Positions 38,811-52,449 of a DNA stretch of 64,000 bases are shown one piece after another (position 1 is the first letter of the stretch; every line of letters begins with the position of its first letter). Source of the DNA: Octopus sinensis (Eukaryota); the NCBI RefSeq assembly GCF_006345805.1, contig NC_043003.1:558001-622000 (forward strand). Reading direction: 5' to 3'. Under the pieces are notes generated by a model. The model was not told the DNA's origin. It saw nothing but the letters and a program-made list of their open reading frames with translations, and searched no databases. The position numbers and the translations under genes are program-made.

Positions 38811-40636
38811 ATATTCATTTTGTTTGAGATATATGTTGACATTATTTTTAAAAAATAAAAATCCTATTTTAGATAAATGACTTTTTTTTGGAATAAATTC
38901 TATTTTTGGATAAATGACTCTTTTGAATAAATTCTTAGATTCTTTCTTCCACTTTTAAAGTTCAAAGTAAAAAAAAACTAATAATAAAAACAAAACAAAA
39001 TGTGTTTGGACCAAAACTAAGCTAAAAGCGATTAAGAAGCTGCACAGTAGATCTATGTGTGAAAGTATTATTCTGTGCTCTGCATGCTGGGTTTTCAAAT
39101 GAAGGAATGGCTGATGTGACATTTGGCTGAAGTTATCTAAACAATTCTCACAGACTCAATGATATAACCTTTGAATGATGCCGTGAAATTACATTTTTAA
39201 TTTTAATTATTTTTTAATATAATTTATTTTTTTATTTTAAAATATTTTTTTAATCCAATGTTTTTTCCCCACCACTTTTTCCCAGTTTAGTGAAATCTTT
39301 CTATGTAGCAAGTAATATGATAGATAGTTCTTTTTATATTTTTTTTTATTGTTTGATTTTTGTAGCAGATTGTTGGCTAAATTACTGGAACCAGTGTGAC
39401 GGCATATTGCCTACATTAAATTCTATGACATTAAAAAAAATTAATTAAAAAGAAAATTAATTAATTAATTAATCTATAAAAAAACCAACAGAAAAAATTC
39501 AATACCACAAACAATTATTCATTAATATAATAAATGTTATTATTATTATTATTATTATTATTATGGTAGCAAGCTTGATGTTCTGAGTTCAAATTCCACT
39601 GAGATCGACTTTAGGGGTCAATAAAATAAGTGCCATTCGAACAGTGGGACTGATGTGTTTGACATAGCCACCTCTCCTTAAGTTACTGGCCTTGTGCTAA
39701 AATTTGAAACCATTATTATTATTATCATCATTAAAGTGTTTCACTGTTCATTCTGCATTTTGTCCCAGCAGATCAATTTTTGTGATTCCTTCTACTTCAT
39801 AAAGTAAAAGAAGAATTTCCAGAATACTGACTTTTATTGAAAAAATACTCAAAACATATTTTAAATCTCTCCATTTTTACCAATTTACCATTCTAAGTGA
39901 CTGTTTTTCTCCACAGCTGTTTGTGAGATTGGTGAGCTGCTGATACATATCAACAGTTTCTCTGTGACTGGGGGAAAACTGTTGACATCTTAGAAGGAAT
40001 GTCTCCATAATCATCCTTAATAATAATAATAATAATAATAATAATGATAATAACAATATCTTCTATTTGCTAGAAGGGCTGAAAATGTTGGGGATAGGAC
40101 AAAGGGGAAATTCAATAATAATAATAATAATCACATGTATAATTAATATGGATCTTTTCCCAGATAAATTTATTTTTATTTACCTTTTTTTTTTTTGCTG
40201 TAAATAATTTTCAAAGTATTTTCATAATCAATCACTCAATCACACACACACACATACACATACACACACTACACACACAAATATGATTATTGTATAAATT
40301 ATTTCCCTGACAAAATGGCCTCATCAGGTTTTAAACTGATGATCAACATATATGAAACTATTGAACACCATTCAATAATTTATTGTAGAAATATTAATGA
40401 TTCGTCCCCCTTTGACTTTTTTTATTTATATTTATTTTTGTATTGCCAATCATCAATCTTCTGTAACTGGCTCCACTGTACTGCCTCTTCCCCCCCCTCT
40501 CTACTCTGCTTTGCCCAGCCCAGCCCAGCCCAGTCTGGTCTCTTGCCCCATCCCTTTAATGGGACCCAGAATGTAGTAGATCCGCTGTTAACGTGAACCT
40601 GTCTACTAAGTGTAACATAAGAACCTCTCTGCCCAG

Positions 40637-40732
40637 GCTGCCCGGCGAAGGCACGAGGAGGAAGAGAAGAAAAAGAAGGGCAAAAGAAAGGGTTTGGGTG
40701 GCCTGTCTCCAGAGAAGAAGAAACTACTCAAG
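40637..40732 (+). CDS. TnI: Troponin I exon, AARRRHEEEEKKKKGKRKGLGGLSPEKKKLLK
   Basis: ctctctgcccag|GCT ... AAG|gtactg, 96 nt, phase 0-0. KRKGLGGLSPEKKK is recognisable molluscan TnI sequence. Confidence 0.95.
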
Positions 40733-43465
40733 GTACTGCCATCTATCTGTTCAGCCCCTCTGGCTGCTGCAGACACTATGTTGTTTTCACTGTATTTTGT
40801 TCTGGTCACACTGTTTCCTGTTTACTCTCATCAAAAGCAAGCAGCATGTGTTGTTGTTGTTGTTCTCTCTCTATCCTTTTTTTTCTTTTTCTTCTAAATA
40901 TTTAAATATTTCCATTCATTCTCTGCATGACTGAATGATGTTGGATCTTTTCCCTCTGCTTCATGACTCTTGTAGGTTTGCGGGTGGCAGGGAAGGACTG
41001 ATGCCTTGTGTTTGTGTATAAGAAACACATACATACATACATACATATATTCTCTGTCTCTATCACTCACTCACATGCAGACACATGCATACACACATGT
41101 ACGCATACACTCACTCTCTTATGGTGAATGCTGTAGAGTAAAGCTCAGCTCCCAGCAAATTGAGTCAAGGGACTTTTCTCTGTTCCTAGCTGAAGTTATT
41201 TCCCTTCCCTGAAATTACTGTTGAGAAAATCTTGAACCACAAACCATCCCTCCCCACTTCCTCCCCATCTCTCTCAAACCCAATAATATTAACCATTCGT
41301 TGATGAATACTTTTATAAAACTTCAAAGAATATAAATTTATTGATACATCATGCTACACAATCGTTTCTCAATCATTTTTTTTATCTACAGCCTCTTTGT
41401 TCTTGTGTTACTCAGAGGGACCCTCACAGCTACTCCCTCTCGAAATAACCTTTTTATATTTTTAAGTAGAAATATATCCAATTTATTGTACATAAATTTT
41501 AACAGCAAAATCTTATCTGGACCCTAATTGAGAACAACTGTCTACACCCATCCACACACACTCACCTGTCTGTTTAGTACTCACCTCAATGTTTAGTACT
41601 CTCCTCAATGTTGGCAACACTGTGTAGAAAAAATCCTGTCAACGTTTATGTATTTATAAATATGTTAATGGAGATGTTTGGTGTGTCTTCATTAAAGTTT
41701 TCCAGTTTGATTTTTATGTAAAATTCATAATGAAGGAGAATGTAAATGATCTACTCATTGATATGCAAAACAGAACTATTATTGGATCTTTTCAATTGAA
41801 ATATTAAATTTCTCTACCATGATTAAGATGGTGGGGAAATCATTTGGGTTGATGTTCGAATGTCACGGATAACAAACCAATTTAGTCAGAGAAGATTAAT
41901 GTAAGCAAACACTTGGTAACCATGGATTTCTCCTGCTGTATTAAACTGGATTTCTTTTAATCTTAAGTCAGCTCAAGTAGGGTTGCTCAACTTGTGCCAA
42001 GTCAACAATGAGCTTCCAGTCCCACAACATAAAACCAGATTACCTTTCTTTGTCTTTTCATAATCCTATGAAATCTGATTGCTTTATAGTTATAAGTAAG
42101 GCTAGAATATATATATATATACATTACATGCAAGAAAAGCTACATTGTGATAGGCAAAGTTTACTGCAGCATTCATCCAGAGAAAGTAATGGCACACTGT
42201 GCCTGAAAACATTACGTATATATCTGTGGGAGATGGAATGGCAAATGAGAAAATTAGATACATTTCTGCCTTGTCAGATATTATCAGTTACATGTATTCA
42301 TTGCCTGCTTAGATGAAATCCACCACCACAGATATATATGAAACATAATGCAAGGCAGTCTTATCTGTTCCAACAAAAAGTTCTGAGTTAGGTTAACGAA
42401 AACATTGAATGAGAAATAGAAGTTAAGAAAAGGAAATTTTCAAGACTGTCTGGTGTTCAATCATTTGGCATTTTGAAATACTTTAACTAATATTTTGATT
42501 TATGGTGACAAAAATATACAAGCTCTGAATGAATATTCAAGTTAGAATTTATATATAACCATTTTGCTCTGCAATACAAAGATCACAGCCTTGGTTATCT
42601 TTATTATAAGGTTTAGTGTATTTTAGTATCTTCCAAATAATTTTATAGTCTCTGATATTGCTCCCTTAAGCAAAATAAATAACTGCTTGTTTTAATTATA
42701 GCAGACCCATTCCATAAACTAACCTAAGATGTCTGGGTGACAAATGGGTTCAACTTTATTGTTGGCTGATCAGTGATAGGAAGGATATCCAACAACAACA
42801 ACAAGAACATTTTCTATTCCTCTGAATATAGAAAAAAAACCTAAGAAATGAATATATAAAACAGTAAAAGTACCTTTTGAAAATAAAGTATAATTTTTAA
42901 AAATTCTAATGAGAAACATCAATTTTTTACTCAGATATTTTAAACTTAGAATCCAGACTTGGACAAAATATAAAAGACATCTTTATCTAGTGTCTATAGA
43001 ATATTCCTAAATTGGTTTATTAAATCTAAACCGGTGGGTTTTAGAATTTTCTACAATTGGCAAAAGAATGCAGATGGAAATGGTCAGTACTAATGCTTCT
43101 TACATTAACTGCATGAATGAAGATCAATGCAATTCTTTTCTTCTTTCCTTCCTCCTTCAAATCGAGGATGCAAACACTTATAAAACCTACACCTGTCTAT
43201 GGTTGCTCTACTTGCTAGAAATAGCAGCCAAATCTCACTCAAGTCAAACAAGTAAAAAAAAAAAAAAAGGGGAAGGATGCATTACAAAAAAGATGTCAGG
43301 GAGAGGAATGTTGAAGGCTTGCATGCCTTTCCTGATGGGTTTGCTTAATCAGTGTTGATCTGGGATCAAATAACATCAACAATAGTCACATACTTGCTGG
43401 ACCCCTCAACAAATGTGGGCCAGAAGTTTCTTTGTTAGTAAAAGGAAGGTTTGTATTGAGCTGAC

Positions 43466-43517
<52 letters not shown>

Positions 43518-45821
43518 TGTCCATGCATATATTTATAAACCGTATCTTGAAAGTTAAAGTACGAAATAGCTTGTCTGGTGTATTTGCATATATTTCTCTT
43601 CATATCATCACAGCAAGACATTCTTTCTCAATTTTATGAATCAGATTTCATTCTTAGAAATATGAAGTAGATTATAAACGCTGAGATTTTTTATATGAAT
43701 AAATATTAAATGGAATATATTTGTATTTGTGCGTATGAGATGATGAGAACTATGATGATGTCTATGTGTGTATTTGAGAGTGCATATGTATGTATAGGTG
43801 TGTGTGTGTGTATAATCCATGAGTTTAGTTATCAAAGAGTCTTAAGTGATAAAAAATATATTTTGTCAGACTAAGGATTATGGATGAAATATTTTATTCA
43901 CTTTCAGACTTATCTTTGAGCTCTTTATTCAAAGTGGCCAGACAGAGCTTCCTTTGAACTTGTCAACTTTTGAAATGTGTGTGTGTGTTTGTGTGTGTGT
44001 ATACATATGTATATATATATATATTTACACACACACACGTATATATGTGTGGGTGTTTATAAATATGTGTTCATATATTTATATGTGTGTGTGTACGTTG
44101 GAGTGTGTATGCATGTATGTGTGCTATTTCACAGACACTTATTAAACCATCTCATCTCCTTGGAATCTTATCCATTGATTCTCTCAGCTTCTATCCAGAA
44201 GTTTTTTTTTTTTACTTCCAATGAACCAATAAACTCAGCGATCACACCCCACCTACACACACGCCATGCTGTCCGTTTCTCTGGTTACAAAAAAGATGTT
44301 GCACTGAGGTAAAACTCGACGTGTGTGAGTCTGAGGATATATAGAGCAGTATTGAAACAATATTCTAATTTCTGTGTGTGTGTGTGTGGTGTGTGTGTGT
44401 GTAACTGAAATAATGCTTTGTTGAGGTGATAGTTGTTGGTTTTGCCATGCAAGTCTGACTGAAAAAAAGCCATTTTTAATGTTAGTGGAAGACTTCCTCT
44501 ATACCCCACCCTTAACTATTGTCTCTGCCACCCCTTCACCCCCACCAAGCAATCTACACATCTCTACCGTTATGCTTCCTACTCATTTATGACATTGGTT
44601 TTTGGTAGCTTGACACAACGTCTAGTTGCCTCACCCAAGTTACCAAAGGATTTTGGAAGAGGTCTTCAATTTTTATTGAGGGAGAGGTTAGCTTCCAAGT
44701 GAAGTAACTTTAATGGACATCATCTTTTTCTACACTTTACTTTGCCGTATGAATGTGGGAGAGAAAGAGAGAGAGAGTAAATACTTTTGGATATATATAA
44801 TATATATATATTAGTTTGTTTTTCTCTTCATTTGTTTTATGTCTGTTTTTCCATGCTAGCATGGGTAGGCAAATCCATAGATGAGGTGTAGTTTTACAGC
44901 TGGCTTTTAGCCCCATCATTGAAATGTAGGTAACAAAACCAATATCACATTGTGATCATGAAAAAAGTCTTGTATATTTGTACCGTTTGTGCTGACAGAT
45001 TGTATTTGTAATTATGAGTTTGTTGGTTGTATTGATTTCTCTTTCTGGAAACCCTGGCTTTTCCAGATTGTCACTTAGGCATTTACCAAGTGCACCAATT
45101 CTTACTGGTATAAATGTGAAATTATAATCTGGATATAGAAGCTAAAAATTTCAAAGAAGTTGTCCATAGTTATTTTCAAAGATAAAATTTTCAAACAGCT
45201 ATTCACATCAGCAGGGCACCTTATCACTATGATGGCACATAACTTTTTCTTGTCCGTCCCAAATAACAATGTCTGGCCGATTATGTTTGCACTTGATGAG
45301 AATAGGTTTCTATAATGTGTTGCTTACAGACTGTCTTTGTAATGCGTGTGTTGGCTGGTTGATTGCAAGTGTGCCTGAATGTTTGTATTCTATATTGTAA
45401 CCACTTGAGCAAACCAGCGGTGGCATTGATATTTGTTGTTAACATTATGAGCGCTTGCTCTGTGCTTCCAAAATCCTTTGGAAAACAAATAAAATCTTTT
45501 ACTTGAAGACAACAAGTAAAGGTTGGTGACAGGTAGTGCATCCAGCTGTAAAGTCTTGCCTCAAAATAACTCACAATTTAACATTTGCTGGCATCGAATA
45601 AAACAGACTTAAAATGAACAATTGCAAACATTGAGGTGGGGAATGTTTCACATTCCATATATTTCATCTTTCCAATCACCATCACCAAAAAATATTTCAT
45701 TATCAACATTCTAACATTTTATGGCTACAAATGTGGGACTACAAATATTTCAACATTCAAAATATTGCTTGGAATTAATAAAATTCACTTTTTCTTAGTC
45801 TTCTTTCTCTCTCACTCATTT

Positions 45822-45866
<45 letters not shown>

Positions 45867-46017
45867 ATCTTGAATTGGAGGCTCTTCATTTAGTGGACGC
45901 ATGGACAACATTAATTTGGCCACTTCTGGTCATTCTGTCTTCATCATCTTCATTCTCATCGTATATATTATTATTGTTATTATTATTCTTACTTTTCAAG
46001 TCATTATTATTATTATT

Positions 46018-46086
<69 letters not shown>

Positions 46087-46524
46087 CTACATTTTTATTA
46101 TTCCTTATTATTAACATTTCATCCATTTCTCTTTTTTTATCCAAATTATGTATTATTAATTATATTTCATATTTTTATTTAATTATTTATTTATTTCGCT
46201 GCCATTCAATTTCTTACTCTTTCTTTATTTCCTTCATTTATTTATTCATTTTTCCTACTTAATTCTGCTATTGCACAGTATTTCCTCATCTAACCACAGA
46301 TAAACACATTGTCTTCTATTCACATCTGGAATGCTCACTTATTAAACTGTTATGTTTAGCATGAGGTTTTTTTTATTGGATTTTTAGATTCTTGAGTCTT
46401 GAGGAAACCAGACTATATGATTTCTTCACATATTCATGTTTTACCATAATTTAACATGGCACCATTACTTTCCTTACATGGTTAAACCATTATTTTTATT
46501 GTTATGGCAGCAAACTAGCAGAAT

Positions 46525-47170
46525 TGTTTCTGCAATGGACAAAATGCTTCATGGCATTTCTTCTGGTTCTCTATATTTTAAGTTCAAATCCAGCCAAGGT
46601 CGACTTTGCCTTTCATCCTTCTAGGATTGATAAAATAAGTACCAGTTGAGCACTGGGGTCAATATAATCAGCTAGTCCCCACCCCACAAATTTGAGGCCT
46701 TGTGCCTGTAATAGAAAGGATTATTATTGTTATTATTATTAAGGTGAAGAGCTGGCAGAATTATTCTTTTCTATTCTTGGTACAAGGCCCGAAATTTTTG
46801 GTGGGAGGGAACAAGTCAATTAGATCGACCCCAGTATGCAACTGGTACTTAATTTATCAACCCTGAAAGAATGAAAAGCAAAGTCAGCTTCAGTGGAATT
46901 TGAACTCAGAATGTAAAGACAGATGAAATACCACAAAGCATTTCACCTGGTATGCTAACGTTTCTGCCAGCTCCCCCCCCCCCCCCGGCCTTCAGTGCCA
47001 GACAAAATGCTTTCCAGCATTTTATGTTCTGAGTTCAAATGCTATCAAAATCGATTTTGCCTTTGATCCTTTCAGAGTCAATAAATTAAGTACCAGTCAT
47101 TTACTGGGGTTAATGTAATTGACTAACTTCCTCTCATCAAAATTGCTGGCCTTGTGTCAAATTTTAAAGC
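46525..47170. mobile_element. Cluster of SINE family B copies in +/-/+ orientation
   Basis: + copy ~46525-46720, minus copy ~46765-46972, + copy ~46990-47170. Confidence 0.75.
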
Positions 47171-47985
47171 AATTATATTTCTATTATTATCATTATAATT
47201 TATCATAAGGCTAGTTACAAAAACAGTAGAGAGCCAAATTAAATACTTTGTGCTATTTAATTATCTCCTTTTACAATCTAAATTCAAATGCCATAGAGGT
47301 AAAATTTCTGTCTACCCACCTCTCCTTTGTCCTCTATCCTTCTGGGGTTGATAAAATAAGGTATTCTATCAACAGGAGAAATAATCATCAGTGTCATAAT
47401 TGTTAAATGCCTTTGCCAGGTAGAAATCCTAAGAAAACAGTTATTCTGAACATAGACACTAAGAATTTTCTCTCTTGATTACTAAACAATGAACACTCTG
47501 TGAAGAGTAACAAAAAAAAAAGACAGAAAAAAGAAAAAAACCATTCCAAGAATTTTTTTCAGACTTTAATTATTTTCCATCTATAAGAAATGGTCTCACT
47601 TGATGAAATATTTAATTATGTCATGCTGATGATTTCTAAAAAGAATGAAATGGTGCTATACAGGATTATCTAAGACAAGAAATTTTATGAACTACAAAAT
47701 AAGAAAACAACAACAACAAAAATCAAATAAGTGTATCATGTGCATTTCCAATGCATATTTCTTTACTCCTAAATTTTAAAATCAAATTTCTAATCCTGCC
47801 AAATATTATGAAGAAGTAAACACACCCCTTTGTACTAACTGTCTGTTAGGAAATTCCACATATTATTCCTTATGTGGCACAATAGTTAAAAGCAGAGCAA
47901 CGTACTAAATTCTTGATTCACAGATATTGCTTTCTGTCCATAGCAAGATCCTTAACCCTGCTTGTTGGTGCCTTAATAAATGTAC

Positions 47986-48022
<37 letters not shown>

Positions 48023-50039
48023 TAATTATTATCATTATTATTATTGTCATCCTCATTTAAATTATAAAACTGCTTGCTTCAGATAATTGCACAATTAAAT
48101 GATCAAATGTAGTAGTTTCATGTTCATCACTGTTACATGTAGGAAAAGGAAAGCACTTAGCTTTGTGGTCAGAGTATTTGGCCCACAGTGATAAGATCTT
48201 GAGTTCAATTCTTGTGCACTGTGCCCTTGAGTAAGGCACTTCATTTTATTTCATGTTACTCCAATCTATGGATCCAGATGAGCGTTGAAGCAGCAGCTCT
48301 CTCTTGTCACATCCTGGTTGTTCTGAGAGAATACTCATGACAACATAAGACCTCCATAACAATTAGCCAAAGAATAAGTTCGTTACTGAGTCATACTCGC
48401 TTGCAAGTGACGGCTATGTTGTTTGTTGTTTGTTGTTTGGGTTCTTACACGTAGAAGATAGTTTCAGTTAGATTAATTAATTGCAGTGATTGCTTTGTGT
48501 TTAATTAGATCATGTAGTTATGTAGAAAAAGCACTTATTGTCTTTTTTCCCCCTTTTTCTTTCCTGCATAACATTCTATGAAGGCAAAGGTGAACATGTC
48601 AGGCAACGTAATGTTACTAAGCAAACACAAGAACGACAAACAACTCAATTTGATCCAGAATTTGAAATTACAATAAAAACTGTTATCACTGCTGAGTGTT
48701 TAGAGACAGGATTTCAAGAGACACAATACAAACTTGTGATCCCTTGTCAGCTGACCTTTCTCCGAAAGTCACCACCATATATATGTTGTAAACTGCTTTG
48801 TGATTGGCCAACTCAATTAGCCAAATTCTTGTCATAAACAATCTGCAGATGTTGGTGTGCAGGACTAAATACTACGAAAGGCTTGTGAAGAGGGGGTGCA
48901 AGGAGTGCAGGTGCACCCCCTAAAGGTTGTTTTGGGGACAATGGAAACGTTTTGAACATGAAAAACTTCATCACCAAAACGAAGAAGCGTAAAAACATTT
49001 TGAAACTGATTTGAAACATTACTTTTCCATTTCATGAGGAAAAAAAGTGGAGACTAAATAAACAGTGCATGTGTTTATTAGCCAAATATGACCATCCCCA
49101 AGTATAACAATATCTGTTTCACCCAACTCGATTTCACATCAAGAATCATGCAAAACAAACCAATAAATGTTATTAATTCTGACGCACAGAAATAGCTAAC
49201 GATTCTGTCTGCATCTGAAAGATCACAATTATATTTTTTGTGTGGAAAACAGTTAATAATTCATTACTGTTTACATAAGTAATGAATTATTAATTAGTAA
49301 CACAGTGAATTATTAACTGTTTAGTAACACACACAAGATTAGTAAGTCTTTCATTTGGCAGTAGTGTTCCTACCATTAGTTTATTCTCTAGTGTACTAAT
49401 ATATTAACCTTATCATCATCATCTGTCACTCCACCAGTTTAAACAGGGTTCAAAGCAAAAGCTCGTCTCCCTTTTACTTTTCTTAATGTACAAATTGCAA
49501 ACTCCCCCTCATCCCCCCCTCTCTCTCTCTCTCTCATTCTCTCATTCTCTGACCAACATTCTTTCAATTCTGATGAGCCCCAGAATTCAGTTTTGTCCCA
49601 ACATTCTTCCTCTTCTGCATCAGCAATCTACCTATTGTCCCCACCAACTCTATTTCTTTCTGTGTAAATGATGTTGTTCTCCATCTATCTTGTACAGAAT
49701 TCATTAGGGGTGTGTCTCGAACCAGCCAGCTCTGACCAATGAATTCACTATTGCCTCTCACAAATGCTGACCACATCCGATGGTCAGCTGCAGGCAAGGT
49801 TGTAATGGATACCTGCTTTTCATCCACCCCTACCCTTTCACATTAAATCCTCCCCACACACATGCTGCAAACCTGCCCTGATTCTATAAGCAGAGATCTT
49901 CCGATGGTGCCATGCCAACTCTGTCTCCTTTAAAAGGATAATGACACAAACATTGTACATATTGAGTACACCCTGTTACATACCCCCCCCCCCACCTATC
50001 TAATTATGGACAACATTCAACAGGAACCCTGGATTTTGT

Positions 50040-50349
50040 TACAGATGCTAAGCTTCACCATTAATGAGAATCTCTTTCTTGATGAATGTATCGTCAGCAT
50101 GGTCAGAACTGCATCAGATCATCTGGTCTTCCTCTTCACAACCCTCAACAACTATTAAAGCTTTACAAAGTTCGAGTGAGGCTCACATTGGAGTATCATT
50201 CCAATATGAGTGGGACAGTATCTGCTGTTGCATTCACAGACATTCTTGATAACACCCAAAAAATGTTCCAGTCAACAGTTTGGCATGAAGTCAGTTATCG
50301 ATGCAACCCAACCCAACCTTTGACTCACAGATATCTTCTACTCTCTCCC

Positions 50350-50395
<46 letters not shown>

Positions 50396-50500
50396 AGGTA
50401 TTACAGTACCTTCTTCAAATCCGGCTGGTCTCATGCCTCTTTCACTCAAGTACCTTACACTCGTCTCTCTCTGCCTCTTGTTTTCAAGCCTGTCTCTGAC
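50040..50500 (+). mobile_element. L2/CR1-group LINE relic (RT C-terminal region)
   Basis: QQLLKLYKVRVRLTLEY...LDNTQK resembles LYK.QIRP.LEY...LD.VQ; interrupted by a (CT)n expansion. Confidence 0.55.
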
Positions 50501-51338
50501 CAAATCCTTCTTCCTCAGAATGTTGGCTTTCAGAATTTTTTCTCTGCATTTTCTTCAAGTTGTTGACTTGTAGTTATTTTTGAAGACCCCTGAACACATG
50601 AATTCCATTACTCTTATGGGTCTTACAAAAGTCATGGACTCACCTATTTTATTGCCATTAAACCATTAATAGAAAACAAAGACAATTGTTTTGTACACTA
50701 ATGGGATCAGGTAACAAAGGAGACAAAAAACTGCTTAACAAACTTCCAATGTATTTGTTTGAAAAAACATGCATTAATAAAATACTAATAACTTTATTAT
50801 ACACATCACAACCGTGAGCCAAGACACCTTTATTGAGTATAAATATATTTTGAGCATCTATTTATCTATTTAGCTAGAAAGATAGATAGATACTCAAAAT
50901 ATATTTTAAGATGTTTGTGTGTGTTTCCAGACATGCATTCCAGTGAAAATATTCAAATAAGCTTTCCTTGAGTGCTTCAAAGACACTTTCCTGGATACTT
51001 CGTTAATAGCAGTTGAGAAGTGACTTCTTTCTTTACAAATATCACAGACAAGAAGCACAAAATAATTTATTTACAGTTTCCCATTCATTTTCATCCTGGA
51101 ATAAGTTGGGTGGTTTGTCCATTGTTGGCACCATCATTATAAGAAGTAAGTGATCTTAACACAACAGCAAACCAAGGGTTAAATTTGTTTTTAGTGAGGA
51201 AGAGTTTTAAGAGCAAAGTAGTTATGGACAGTAAGGGGGAACTGAAGATGTTTGGAAAGAATTAGGAAGTTACATGATATGTACACTATTTACCTTATTT
51301 ACATTTGACAGATATTTGTCCTCATCTTGTTTGTTATT

Positions 51339-51384
51339 AACGCAATGTTTCGGCTGATATACCCTCCAGCCTTCATCAGGTGTC
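51339..51384 (-). ncRNA. Second copy of the hammerhead motif on the minus strand
   Basis: Reverse complement GACAC-CTGATGA-A-GGCTG-gagggtatat-CAGCC-GAAA-CATT-GCGTT: perfect 5-bp helix II, mutated helix III palindrome, one helix I mismatch. Confidence 0.65.
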
Positions 51385-51455
51385 TTGGGGAAACTTCGAA
51401 CCTGGGTTCTCATTCCTAAGCTATTTTTCGATGTTGTTATTATTATTATTACCAA

Positions 51456-51501
51456 GACACCTGATGAAGGCTGCAGGGTATATCTGCTGAAACGTTGTGT
51501 T
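51456..51501 (+). ncRNA. Minimal type-I hammerhead ribozyme motif (PLE type)
   Basis: GACAC-CTGATGA-A-GGCTG..CTGCT-GAAA-CG-TT-GTGTT: helix I GACAC/GTGTT, intact core, palindromic AACGTT, one helix II mismatch. Confidence 0.7.
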
Positions 51502-52235
51502 AACAACAAACAAGATGGGGACAAATATCCGTCAAATGTAAATAATGTAAATGATGTAAATAATTTCCCATCTCTTAAATATAGAACTGTTACATGATAT
51601 GTGTCTTTCCTGAGGGGATTTATTGGGTTGCTTACCACAGTAATATAAAACTGATATTTTTTCCCCCAGGAACAAGACTTCAGATTTATGGGGTAAAAGT
51701 GGAAAACGAAACTGTATGATGTTTGTGTTGTTTCTCTGCAGTTGGTTAGATTTAAATAAAGTGGAGTTTGCAATTGAGAATAGAAACTGGATTGCAGACA
51801 AGACTCACTTGACTCAAGTTACTGGAAGCTTACACTCTTCTCTATTACAACCACTTTCAACACACAAAAATATTTTTTTTAAAAAAGTAGAATTAATGAT
51901 TGCTTAATACATTTTGGGCTGTTTATTCATAAATATGTATTGTCTATCACTGCATTCCCTGTTCTGTTTGTGTGTTGGATGTTAATTACATTTGCTATCT
52001 GTGTTCTTCTTCCCCCACATTCAATAACAAATGTTTTTGCGTGTCCTGAAATTTTCCTTTTCCTGAAGTGGCTCTCCCATCGTTTATACTTCATTCAGAT
52101 TCATTTTTAACCCTCATCAATTGCAAATAATAATTTTAATGACCAAAAGGTACAAAATTTCTGTTTGTCTTCCCGCTGTATTGTCTTGTCTTCTGCCATT
52201 TGTATCATTTCATGTCTTGCATAATCGATCCGTTT

Positions 52236-52267
52236 CCTGCTTGCTGCTTTAGTGTCACTGGTGCATG
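52236..52267 (+). promoter_or_regulatory. MBNL-type YGCY cluster plus UGCAUG upstream of exon 52293
   Basis: cctgcttgctgcttt (three TGCT) at 52236-52250 and TGCATG at 52262-52267. Confidence 0.55.
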
Positions 52268-52292
52268 AGTGTTTGTCTTCTGTTTGTAATAG

Positions 52293-52449
52293 CCTTCTCC
52301 TGAAGTCTGTGCTGCGGCAGAGAAAATCACAAAATTGACTGATGTCAGTCAGGTAGACTTAGATGACACTGATGAGGAAGCAACGAAGAAACTGATACTT
52401 TCACAACGTATAGTTCTTTTACCTGACAAACTTGAAGAGCTAAGTAAAG
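52293..52449 (+). CDS. TnI: Candidate mutually exclusive TnI exon (PSPEVCAAAEKITKLTDVSQVDLDDTDEEATKKLILSQRIVLLPDKLEELSK + 1 nt)
   Basis: tcttctgtttgtaatag|CCT ... AAAG|gtactg, 157 nt, open, phase 0-1 like exon 56940-57060. Its C-terminal half aligns with FICERVEPLITEGLNE. Confidence 0.75.

Larger units (their letters stand above)
51269..51602. mobile_element. Penelope-like element terminal-repeat insertion: two inverted ~100-bp arms flanked by a 14-bp direct repeat
   Basis: Arms ~51289-51388 and ~51452-51550 are reverse complements. GTTACATGATATGT occurs at 51269-51282 and 51589-51602. Each arm carries a hammerhead motif. Confidence 0.75.

Noticed and set aside
48538-48837. 99-aa ORF with protein-like composition
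   Set aside because: No usable splice sites or recognisable homology; it sits next to a hAT-like hairpin.
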